Below, in pieces: positions 10,031 to 19,759 of a stretch of DNA of 20,000 nt. The position numbers and the translations under genes are program-made. The notes under the pieces are model-generated. The model worked only from the letters and a program-made list of their open reading frames with translations. It was not told where the DNA came from and made no database searches. The DNA comes from Chiloscyllium plagiosum. Lineage: Eukaryota. Each line of letters opens with the position of its first letter. Within the stretch, counting starts at the first letter, position 1. The stretch is from the NCBI RefSeq assembly GCF_004010195.1, contig NC_057719.1, positions 14,705,272 through 14,725,271 of the forward strand, in the 5' to 3' direction.

Positions 10031-10350
10031 TGTCATGATCAGTCCCTGGGTAAGGTTCCCTTATTTGTTGTGGTTCCTGATGAGGGTCTCACAAATTGTC
10101 AGACTCCTACACGAATAAGGGAATGCACTGGCTCCCCTTCATCAGGACCTCAGTTGCTTGGCAACAAGATTAATTGTAAAAGGATCACGTCCCATGTGTA
10201 TTCATCAATTTTACCCAGACCAATTAATTCATGTTTCCAAAGATCATTTTACCAGGTTTCCTTGAATTAATGAAAGAATGAGTTTATCATTTACAATGTA
10301 CAACTCACACACAGATTAGACTTGAGAGGGAAGTGAAGAAAGGCACACAT
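10031..10350. mobile_element. Possible LTR fragment (Gypsy-like), partial
   Basis: Starts with TGTCATGA right after the Rex tail; no second LTR, PBS or TSD seen. Confidence 0.3.
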
Positions 10351-10395
10351 TGAAAAGCTTGCAGATGCGTCTCTGAATGCCATGAAAAGCAGATG

Positions 10396-10669
10396 TTAGA
10401 ATAAGGTGTAAGCCATTCAGGACTGAGATGAGGAAGAGTTTCTTCACACAGAGAATTGTTAACCTGTGGAATTCTCTCCCACATAAGGCCTGTTAGATAT
10501 ATCTTCAAAAAGGGAACTGGATGTGGCCCTTACAGCTAAAGGGATCAAGGAGAGAAAGTGGGAGTGGGATACTGAAATTGCACGATCAGCCATGATCTTA
10601 CTGAATGGCAGTGAAGGGTCCAAGGGCCGAATGGCCTCCACCTGCAACTATTTTCAATATTTCTATGTT
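10396..10669 (+). mobile_element. CR1 3' end fragment
   Basis: PFRTEMRKSFFTQRIVNLWNSLP; 3' UTR GATCAGCCATGATC...AAGGGCCGAATGGCCTCC; TTCTATGT tail. Confidence 0.9.
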
Positions 10670-11369
10670 GCTGCTGGTACACAGCATGACCAGTATCACT
10701 GATGTTGATAGGTGAACAATTATATTCAAGATGCTTGGCATCACATGTCAGCAGAATGTTTTGTTTTCTTTTGACTGTGGTTTCACTTATAGCAGTCCGA
10801 ATGACATTCTTTTTGTCCCCTGCAGAGCAGGGGTGTTTAATGGCTGTTCTCAAGCTATGACCAACAAAGCACATTATTCCATACATTAGCACACAGACCA
10901 CTAACACACCGACCAGTGATGAAGTTCTGAAGTTTGGTTTGATTTAGCCAAGAAAAGCAAGAAAAGCTTAGCTAAATATTTTATTAGGAAATTAAAAAGC
11001 TTTGGCCTTTGAACAACTATGGACAATTTGTGCAAGAAGTAGACTTGACCTTTCTTGTTTATTGCCTTCATAACTTCCAAAACGCTAACTGTAAGTTGAG
11101 TTCTTAGTTCACAATTTGCAAAGGTGTCTTATTGCTGACAGAGTTTAGGTAGGATGCCAGTGACAATACTCTGATATAACTTATAATTGCTATTCTATAA
11201 CAGTATTTAGACACAAACTCTGTAAAAATCACAAATATTTGAGCTGGTGTGATCGTCAAAAATGCAGCTCAGACGTATAACTGACATCCTTACTCCTCAA
11301 TGTTACTGTTTGCATTATATACAGAAGAATTATATCTGTAAACCAATCCATCATTCTGTCTATCCATCC

Positions 11370-12192
11370 ATCCAGGTGTGTCTATGAGGAGGAGGAGGAG
11401 GAGGCATAAGCTGTCAAGGGATACAAAATAATCACTGAGTTGGCAAAACATGACAGATGGGATATGGTCTGCATATATGTGAAGGTCTCCATTTTGGAAG
11501 AAAAATAGGGAAAAAACAGAATATGTGAAAAACCAAATTGGCACTCTTGCATCCTTGTGGACAAACGATAGAAAGTTAATTTACAAGTAGTGCAAGCAAT
11601 ATTGCAATTAGTAACTGATATGCTGACCTTTCTTGGCACATTATTGAAGTATAAAAGTGATGTTGTCTTACTCCGTTGGAGAAGGCCTTACTGAAATTGC
11701 ACCTGAATTACTGAATACAGTTTTGATCAACCTGCCTGAAGAGACATGTTTCATGGAGAATGCAACAAGGGTTCACTTAACTGATTACTGTAATGAGAGG
11801 ATGTCTTAGGGGGAGAAATTGTGTAAAGGCTAGACCTATATTCCCTGCACTAGAAGTACAGAGTCAAAAGGTGTTATGATGGAAAAGCACAACAGGTCAG
11901 GCAGCATCCGAAGAGCAGAGAGTCAACATTTTGGGCATAAGCTACACTTTTCGACTCTGTACTAGAAGTATGCAAGGTAATCTCATTGCAGCAGAACACT
12001 TTTTCTCCTGATTGTGGTATCTAGAAGTAAGGTGGTGTAAAATGGTGGGTCAGCCATTTAGAACGGAAATGTGGAAAAATATCCACACTGAAAGGCTTGC
12101 AGATCTTTAGAATTCTCTAACCTGGAGAGCTGTGGGTGTTCGAGCACTGAGAATATTCAAGATAGAGATCAGGAGATCTTTCAACATTAAAG
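11370..12192 (+). mobile_element. Old, heavily mutated CR1 ORF2 C-terminal fragment
   Basis: Colinear with 15790-16520 (e.g. TGTGAAGGTCTCCATTTTGG, GGAGAATGCAACAAGGGTTCAC, GAATTCTCTAACC); includes (GAG)6 at 11386-11403. Confidence 0.75.
11859..11960 (-). mobile_element. 102-bp Penelope pseudo-LTR micro-insertion with inverted termini
   Basis: TSD ACTAGAAGTA at 11849-11858 and 11961-11970; 16-bp inverted ends; body matches 14913-14985. Confidence 0.88.
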
Positions 12193-12394
12193 ATTGATTG
12201 GATCAAATTCCCTGTTTTTCTACTGCCAAGTGAAAAATGTGGAGGCTGCCAAGGAAACACTGGCATCCCCATGACCAATGGCCAACAGCGGGGTGACAGA
12301 CTGGCCAAGTTGTAGACTCCAACAGAAGATGAGGTGTTGGGGGCAGGAGGTGAGGGGGCTCTGGCATTTGAGAGGCCGTGAGAAGAATATGACC

Positions 12395-13045
12395 TGTTGT
12401 GGTTCCATTCGCCGAGCTGGGAATTTGTGTTGCAGAAGTTTCGTCCCCTGTCTAGGTGACATCCTCAGTGCTTGCGAGCCTCCTCTGAAGCACTTCTGTG
12501 ATGTTTCCTTTGGCATTTATAGTGATTTGTACCTGCTGCTTCCGGTTGTCAGTTCCAGCTGTCTGCTGCAGTTGGGTCCAGGTCGATGTGCTTATTGATT
12601 GAATCTGTGGATGAGTGCCATGCCTCTAGGAATTCCCTGGCTGTTCTCTGTTTGGCTTGTCCTATAATAGTAGTGCTGTCCCAGTCGAACTCATGTTGCT
12701 TGTCAAATGTTTTTGATGTATGGTAGTGTGGCTAGTCCTTTGGGTTGTGACATGTCCTCATTCCGTTGTATTTCCCTTAGGCATCTGTTGATGAAATTGC
12801 ACGGGTATCTGTTTTTGGTGAATACATTGTATAGGCGTTCTCCTTACTCTTTTTGCAGTTCTGGTGTACTGCAGTGTGTTGTGGCCCTTTTGAACAGTGT
12901 CTTGATGCAACTTCTTTTGTGTGTGTTGGGGTGGTTGCTTTCGTAGTTTAGGACTTGGTCTGTGTGTGTGGCTTTCCTGTATCCCATTGTGGTGAATTGG
13001 CCGTTTGGTGTTCTCTGTACATCACATCTAGGAATGGGAGTTGAC
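12395..13045 (-). mobile_element. Penelope-like element (second family), truncated and internally deleted
   Basis: YRKATHTDQVLNYESNHPNTHKRSCIKTLFKRA, ATLPYIKN, then DKQHEFDWDSTTIIGQAKQRTAREFLEAWHS; hammerhead at 12432-12471. Confidence 0.92.
12432..12471 (-). ncRNA. Type I hammerhead ribozyme motif
   Basis: GCA-CTGAGGA-T-GTCACCT AGAC AGGGGAC-GAAA-CTT-C-TGC. Confidence 0.8.
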
Positions 13046-13389
13046 CTCAAGTGTACAATAAAATCTCATGGAGAGGTGCTTCTGATGAGTTTAGGAGCCT
13101 GTTAAAGAGGACCCTTCCCACCAGCCACCAGACAATGCAGGAAAACCTGCACAGCCGTGCACTTGGCATGGAAATCTCCCATCGTGGTCAAACACTGGAG
13201 GCAGTCAGATGAGACCCTGTAATGAACATTCACTATCCACATAAGGACCCCAGTTGGGTCCAACGGCAAGCAGACCAGTCCCCAATAACCCCTTGCTGCT
13301 GATTGGTGGCACTCCATCTGCTGACTTGAATAAACTCTGTTTTCATACCATCAAATTGGGTACATCCTAGCTGAGGCCTTGAGGATAAG

Positions 13390-13640
13390 GGTAGTTAAAG
13401 CCTATGCAATTAAGGGATAAAGTTAAAAGTCACACAACACCAGGTTATGGTCCAACAGGTTTATTTGAAATCACAAGCTATCAGAACGTTGCTCCTTCTT
13501 TCGGTGAAATAAAATTAAGGGGTAGGATCAGGATGGAAGAGGATAGCATTGAGAAAGAAGAGTAGTCATAGTCGGGTGGAATGATGGTGAAAGCCCAATG
13601 TGACGTATCCAGGAACTCCTGTTTCATATTTTCTTGGATA
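13390..13640 (+). mobile_element. Old CR1 3' UTR remnant, interrupted at 13420-13512
   Basis: TTAAGGG...AGTCATAGTC...GAATGATGG...ACTCCTGTTTCATATTTTCTT resembles a diverged CR1 tail. Confidence 0.45.
13420..13512 (-). mobile_element. Solo PLE pseudo-LTR fragment with degenerate hammerhead
   Basis: CACACAACACCAGGTTATGGTCCAACAGGTTTATTTG; flanked by AATTAAGGGATA (13408-13419) and AATTAAGGGGTA (13513-13524). Confidence 0.75.
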
Positions 13641-14068
13641 CTTTGTGCTTATATATAAAAGGTTTTGCATATAGTACACATCCATCACCTATCGGGTAGA
13701 CATACAAATGTTTGATTTTTTCTTTGTTGGCTACATAGAACAATTGATCTTCCATAATTACACCGGCATCACTCCCCAACTCTCCCTCCGCTACGTTGAT
13801 GACTGCATTGGCGCCACCTCATGCTCCCGCGAAGAGGTTGAGCAATTCATCAACTTCACCAACATACCTGGACCATCTCTGACACCTCCCTCCCCTTCCT
13901 GGACCTCTCCATCTCCATAAATGACAAACGACTTGACACTGACATTTTTTACAAACCCACCGACTCCCACAGCTACCTGGATTACACTTCTTCCCACCCT
14001 ATCTCTTGCAAAAATGCCATCCCGTATTCCCAATTCCTCCGCCTCCGCCGTATCTGCTCCCAGGAGGA

Positions 14069-14852
14069 NNNNNNNNNNNNNNNNNNNNNNNNNNNNNNNN
14101 NNNNNNNNNNNNNNNNNNNNNNNNNNNNNNNNNNNNNNNNNNNNNNNNNNNNNNNNNNNNNNNNNNNNNNNNNNNNNNNNNNNNNNNNNNNNNNNNNNNN
14201 NNNNNNNNNNNNNNNNNNNNNNNNNNNNNNNNNNNNNNNNNNNNNNNNNNNNNNNNNNNNNNNNNNNNNNNNNNNNNNNNNNNNNNNNNNNNNNNNNNNN
14301 NNNNNNNNNNNNNNNNNNNNNNNNNNNNNNNNNNNNNNNNNNNNNNNNNNNNNNNNNNNNNNNNNNNNNNNNNNNNNNNNNNNNNNNNNNNNNNNNNNNN
14401 NNNNNNNNNNNNNNNNNNNNNNNNNNNNNNNNNNNNNNNNNNNNNNNNNNNNNNNNNNNNNNNNNNNNNNNNNNNNNNNNNNNNNNNNNNNNNNNNNNNN
14501 NNNNNNNNNNNNNNNNNNNNNNNNNNNNNNNNNNNNNNNNNNNNNNNNNNNNNNNNNNNNNNNNNNNNNNNNNNNNNNNNNNNNNNNNNNNNNNNNNNNN
14601 NNNNNNNNNNNNNNNNNNNNNNNNNNNNNNNNNNNNNNNNNNNNNNNNNNNNNNNNNNNNNNNNNNNNNNNNNNNNNNNNNNNNNNNNNNNNNNNNNNNN
14701 NNNNNNNNNNNNNNNNNNNNNNNNNNNNNNNNNNNNNNNNNNNNNNNNNNNNNNNNNNNNNNNNNNNNNNNNNNNNNNNNNNNNNNNNNNNNNNNNNNNN
14801 NNNNNNNNNNNNNNNNNNNNNNNNNNNNNNNNNNNNNNNNNNNNNNNNNNNN
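14069..14852. other. Assembly gap (784 N)
   Basis: Run of N. Confidence 1.
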
Positions 14853-14900
14853 CACCCTCCTCTAGCTTATCTCTCCACGCTTCAGGCTCTCTGCCTTTAT

Positions 14901-14932
14901 TCCTGATGAAGGGCTTTTGCCCGAAACGTCAA
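14901..14932 (+). ncRNA. Minimal type I hammerhead ribozyme motif
   Basis: CTGATGA-A-GGGC TTTT GCCC-GAAA-CGT-C; predicted cleavage after C14930. Confidence 0.88.
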
Positions 14933-15057
14933 TTTTGCTGCTCCTCGGATGCTGCCCGAACTGCTGTGCTCTTCCAGCACCACTAATCCAAAATCTGGTT
15001 TCCAGCATCTGCAGTCATTGTTTTTACCAAACAAATTCCATTCCATTGCTCTACACT

Positions 15058-16668
15058 GTAGGGAAATAGATGGTGACATCCTGCAAAATGTCCAGATTTC
15101 AGAGGAGGAAGTGTTGGATGTCTTGAAACGGTTAAAGTTAGATAAATCCCCAGGACCTGATCAGTTGTACCCAAGAACTCTATGGGAAGCTAGAGAAGTG
15201 ATTGCTGGGCCTCTTGTTGAGATATTTGTATCATCGATAGTCACAGGTGGGGTGCCAGAAGACTGGAAGTTAGCAAATGTGGTGCCACTGTTTAAGAAGG
15301 GTAGTAAAGACAAGCCAGGGAACTATAGACCAGTGAGCCTGACCTCAGTAGTGGGCAAGTTGTTGGAGGAAACCCTGAGGGACAGGATGTACATGTGTTT
15401 GGAAAGGCAAGGACTGATTAGGGATAGTCAATATGGCTTTGTGCGTGGGAAATCATGTCTCACAAACTTGATTGAGTTTTTTGAAGAAGTAACAAAGAAG
15501 ATTGATGAGGGCAGAGCAGTAGATGTGATCTATATGGAGTTCAGTAAGGCGTTCGGCAAGTTTGCCCATGGAATACAGGGAGAACTGGCCATTTGAATAC
15601 AGAACTGGCACAAAGGTAGAAGACAGAGGGAGGCGGTGGAGGGTTGTTTTTCAGACTGGAGGCCTGTGACCAGTGGAGTGTAACAAGGATCGGTGCTGGG
15701 TCCTCTACTTTTTGTCATTTACATAAATGATTTAGATGCGAGCATAAGAGGTACAGTTAGTAAGTTTGCAGATGACACTAAACTTAAGGTGTAGTGGACA
15801 GCGAAGAGGGTTCCCTCAGATTACAACAGGATCTGGACCAGATAGGCTAGTGGGCTGAGAAGTGGCAGATGGAGTTTAATTCAGATAAATGTGAGGTGCT
15901 ACATTTTGGGAAAGCAAATCTTAGCAGGACTTGTACACTTCATGGTAAGGTCCTCGGGAGTGTTGTGGAACAAAGAGACCGTGGAGTGCAGGTTCATATC
16001 TCCTTGAAAGTGGAGTCACAGGTAGATAGGTTAGTGAAGAAAGCATTTGGTATGTTTTCCAGTATTGGTCAGAGTATTGAGTACAGGAGTTGGGAGGTCA
16101 TGTTGCAGCTGTACAGGACATTGGTTAGGCCACTGTTGGAATATTGCGTGCAATTCTGGTCTCCTTCCTATCGGAAAGATGTTGTGAAACTTGAAAGGGT
16201 TCAGAAAAGATTTACAAGGATGTTGCCTGGGTTGGAGGATTTGTGCTATAAGGAGAGGTTGAACAGGCTGGGGCTGTTTTCCCTGGAGTGTCGGAGGCTG
16301 AGGGGTGATCTTATAGAGGCTTACAAAACTATGAAGGGCATGGCAAAGTCTTTTCCCTGGGGTCGGGGAGTCTAGAACTAAAGGGCATAGGTTTAGGGTG
16401 AGAGGGGAAAGATATAAAAGAGACCTAAGGGTCAACTTTTTCACGCAGAGGGTGGTACGTGTATGGAATGAGCTGCCAGAGGATGTGGTGGAGGCTGGTA
16501 CAATTGCAACATTTAAGTGGCATTTGGATGGGTATATGAATAGGAAGGGTTTGGAGGGATATGGGCTGGGTGCTGGCAGGTGGGACTAGGTGGAGTTGGG
16601 ATATCTGGTCGGCATGAACAGGTTGGACCGAAGGGTCTGTTTCCATGCTGTACATCTCTATGACTCTC
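15058..16668 (+). mobile_element. CR1/HER1 LINE, 5'-truncated, disrupted reverse transcriptase ORF2
   Basis: [41 protein letters not shown] at 15765-15776; stops at 15594, 15681, 15848, deletions and a frameshift; CTCTATGACTCT tail. Confidence 0.97.
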
Positions 16669-16734
16669 TGACTATATAAGGGAGAAACATCTGTGATTAA
16701 ACTCAACTGGACAGACTCTGAGAATTTGTTGCAC

Positions 16735-16855
16735 AATAGTCTTCACTCAAATACTTGCGGATCTTTGGAATTCTCTAACCCAGAGAGCTGAGAGTGCCCA
16801 AGCTTTGAGTGTATGGAAGGTAGAGATTGGGAGATCATTCAACACTAAAGACTGA
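16735..16855 (+). mobile_element. Old CR1 fragment
   Basis: TCTTCACTCA...TTTGGAATTCTCTAACCCAGAGAGCTG; homologous to 12080-12195. Confidence 0.7.
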
Positions 16856-16974
16856 ATTGATCTGGCACCAGATTCCATGCTCCACCACTCCCAGGCAAAG
16901 AAAATCAATAGTAGAATGATACCTATCTGATTTCCAGTGAGTGGGCCACAGGACGTTTGACAACAGAGTACTGT

Positions 16975-17333
16975 AAAACAGGCAAATCTTTAGTTACAGA
17001 TAGGATTAATGGTAGTTGTCTTTCCCCTAGGATGGGGAATTTCAAGACTAGGAGATACAATTTTAAGGTGAGAGGAGAGCGATTTAAAAAAGACCATGTG
17101 GGCAAATGTTTTACACAGAGGCTGGTTTGCATGTGGAATGAACTTCCTGAGTGGGTGGATGTGGGTAGAATTATAACATTTAAAAGATATTTGGATAATT
17201 ATATGAATTAGAAAGATGTGGAAGAATGTGAGCCCGGAGCAGGCAGGTGGGACTAGTTTACTTTGGGATTATGTCGGTGTGGACTGGTTGTGCCAAAGGT
17301 CTGTTTCTGTGCTATATGACGCTATGACTCTAT
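16975..17333 (+). mobile_element. CR1/HER1 3' end fragment
   Basis: KTRRYNFKVRGERFKKD...FTQRLVCMWNELP; tail GACGCTATGACTCTAT. Confidence 0.9.
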
Positions 17334-17726
17334 ATAGAGCTATACATGCTCTAACGTATAGATTATGGAACATTGTTTCTCAACAAAAGGTGTCCCTTTT
17401 ACCTTTACTCCCAGCATGCTCAATATTTCACAACATCATTGTTGGAGAAAAAGCTTACAATGGGCTTTCATTAGGTCCAGGAGCAATAGAGAGAGAAAGC
17501 AAAGTAAAAGGTACAGATGAGTTACTTCCCTTATTGTTTTTGTTCTATTTGTAATATTGATGTCACTGAGCAAAATTGTCACTAAGCACACAACCACACA
17601 AATGTGCACCTGTTTCCATGTGTACAGGATGTTTTATTTAAAAGGGGATGCAGTGATTAGAATGAGGTCAGCCAGGTGGACATCAGAGAATGTGAGTTCC
17701 TTGATTGATGTTGTTAACCTGATCCC

Positions 17727-18375
17727 ATCCTTGACTTCGCACATAGATGTGATGGTCAAGAAGCAGCAACAACACCTCTTCCTCAGGCAGCTCTGAAAAC
17801 TTGACATGTCCGTAAGGGCCCTCACCAACTTTTACAGATGCTCCATAGAAAGCATACTGTCTGGGTGTATAATGGCCCGGTACAGCAACTGCTCTGCCCA
17901 GGACTGCAAGACACTACAGGAGGTTGTGTGTGCACGGCCCAGACCATCACAGAAGCCAACCTCCCATCTATGGACTCCATTTACACTTCCCATTGCCGAG
18001 GATAGGTTGCCAACATCATCAAAGGCCCCTCCCACCCCGGTAAGGCTCTCCTATAAACTCTTCCGTCAGGCAGGAGGTACAGAAGCTTGAACACATGCAC
18101 CAACAGGTTCAAGAACAGCTTCTTCCCGGCCATTATTAGAATGATAAATGGACTCTCTAACTTCAAATAATGATTGTCTTGTTAATGTAGATCTTGCTTT
18201 GTGCGTGTCCTGTGCAGTGTAACCTCTATACCTTACTCTGTCCAAGTTTTTTTCACCCTATGATCTGTATGTCCTTGCTTACTATGAACTGCCTGCATTG
18301 CTCGCAAACAAAGCTTTTCACTGTACTTAGGTACACGCGACAATAAATCAAATCAATCAGTCAGTCAATCAATCA
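17727..18375 (+). mobile_element. Rex1/Babar-like LINE, 5'-truncated
   Basis: LTNFYRCSIESILSGCIMARYSNCSAQD; frameshifted; (AATC/AGTC)n tail. Confidence 0.9.
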
Positions 18376-19199
18376 GCACTGACAGAAATAAACAGGAGTG
18401 TCAGGGGTTCTGCCCATTATAGGAACAAGCAGGGTCAGTGTCATGTACTCTGCAACTGTAAATAAAAGGCTATTTGGTGATGGGATACCAGCCTTTGTGG
18501 AGTTATTTCAGGGGAGAATTTAAATTGTAGAGAGTTATAAGTTAGGAATTTTGTTTCTTTTCTGCTTTCAGTTAAAAATATTTTGTTTGTAATAAATAGC
18601 TATTTTCTTGTGAACTACAAAAGGATTGTTAGTATTTTCTTTAAACCTGGGTTTGTCAATCAGATAATCTGGGAAATTTTGATAACTCAATTAAATCATT
18701 CCACATTTGTGACAACCCTGGGAATAGTGGGGTTTGAAATCTCATGCACTACTCCTGTGATTCATGGTACTACATATAGATTACTTCAGTGTAATAACTG
18801 TTCAACATAACAAACAGAATATGATTGTTGCCAAAGTGTTATTAGAATATAGAAAGTACGTTACCATGAAATTAAATACATGCTGTGGTACACTACCTCT
18901 GTTCAATTAAAACAAAGCATACAACTACAGTATGTGATGTAATGTCACTTCAGAATAAACTACATAGTACAGTAATAGTGATGTAAAAAAAATCACGTGG
19001 TAGAATAACTTAAGAGTGAATGAAATTTTATAAAAACACTGAAATATGAGTCATTTGGTGCACTCATGTCAAGAAGGATTATTTAATTTAGCATTGGAAC
19101 CTAATAACCATTCAAAATATTTCTTTGATAATGGTACATGATGGAACATCAGAATTGAGGACAGGGCCAGAACATTTGTAATTTTGATTGTCTTGGCTG

Positions 19200-19289
19200 C
19201 ATACAAGTGACAGAAGCTAAAACTTAATGAACTGTGACATGCTTTGTACTATCCTCAGGGCAGTAAAGGTGTTATATAAATGCAAGACT
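19200..19289 (+). mobile_element. Deu-SINE-like 3' tail remnant
   Basis: AGTGAC...CTGTGACATGCTTTG...AAAGGTGTTATATAAATGCAAGAC; similar to the reverse complement of 7768-7875. Confidence 0.55.
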
Positions 19290-19759
19290 GCACGTTCTAT
19301 CTTCCCACTTATCCTCATTAGATGAGCTCTACCAAGTAATGTAAAGTGTGCCAAAGCTAAGTTTTTATCTAGCTGAAGAAAGAATGACTTCACCTTAAGA
19401 AAACAAAATTATTAAAGCAAGTGCTGACATACTCAAGTGAACAAAGCTTCTGATTGTGAGTGTTTAATGCTGAAAAGAAAGCATTACCAGCTCAAATTAC
19501 CCTCCCACTATTGAGACAGTCAAGTTATGTTTAGTACAGGATACAACTTGGCAAAATTCTGATTGTAAAGAGTGGTCTAGATGGAGTAAAAATATTGTAA
19601 GTATATATAAATGTATATTTGATAGGAATAGAGTAAATTGTGGATATTGCCATTATGAAAGTCCGGATGGAGATGATTACAGAAAGTGAAAAGTTGAGGA
19701 TGTAAAAAATTCATCACAGGTCCAGAACCAAAAGTTCTTACACTGGCCTCAATGACATG

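Larger units (their letters stand above)
13721..15028 (+). mobile_element. Younger Penelope-like element spanning an assembly gap
   Basis: FVGYIEQ...RYVDDCIGA (RT catalytic motif at 13792-13803), frameshifting deletion near 13865, KPTDSHSYLDYTSSHP...SQFLRLRRICS; pseudo-LTR with hammerhead after the gap. Continuity across the gap is assumed. Confidence 0.88.

Noticed and set aside
11295..11336. 42-nt minus-strand micro-exon candidate (YNSSVYNANSNIE)
   Set aside because: Weak acceptor context; expected by chance without expression data
12196..13385. Possible old non-autonomous element separating the CR1 pieces at 11370-12192 and 13390-13640
   Set aside because: No convincing TIRs or TSD could be identified
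13791..14986. Three ORFs over 300 aa
   Set aside because: Artefacts of translating through the N gap
14949..16589. Functional reverse transcriptase or retron-like system
   Set aside because: Ordinary CR1 ORF2, truncated, with stops, deletions and a frameshift; the adjacent hammerhead belongs to a separate PLE
18400..19750. Long AT-rich, repeat-poor stretch
   Set aside because: No convincing ORF, exon or structure apart from the SINE tail remnant
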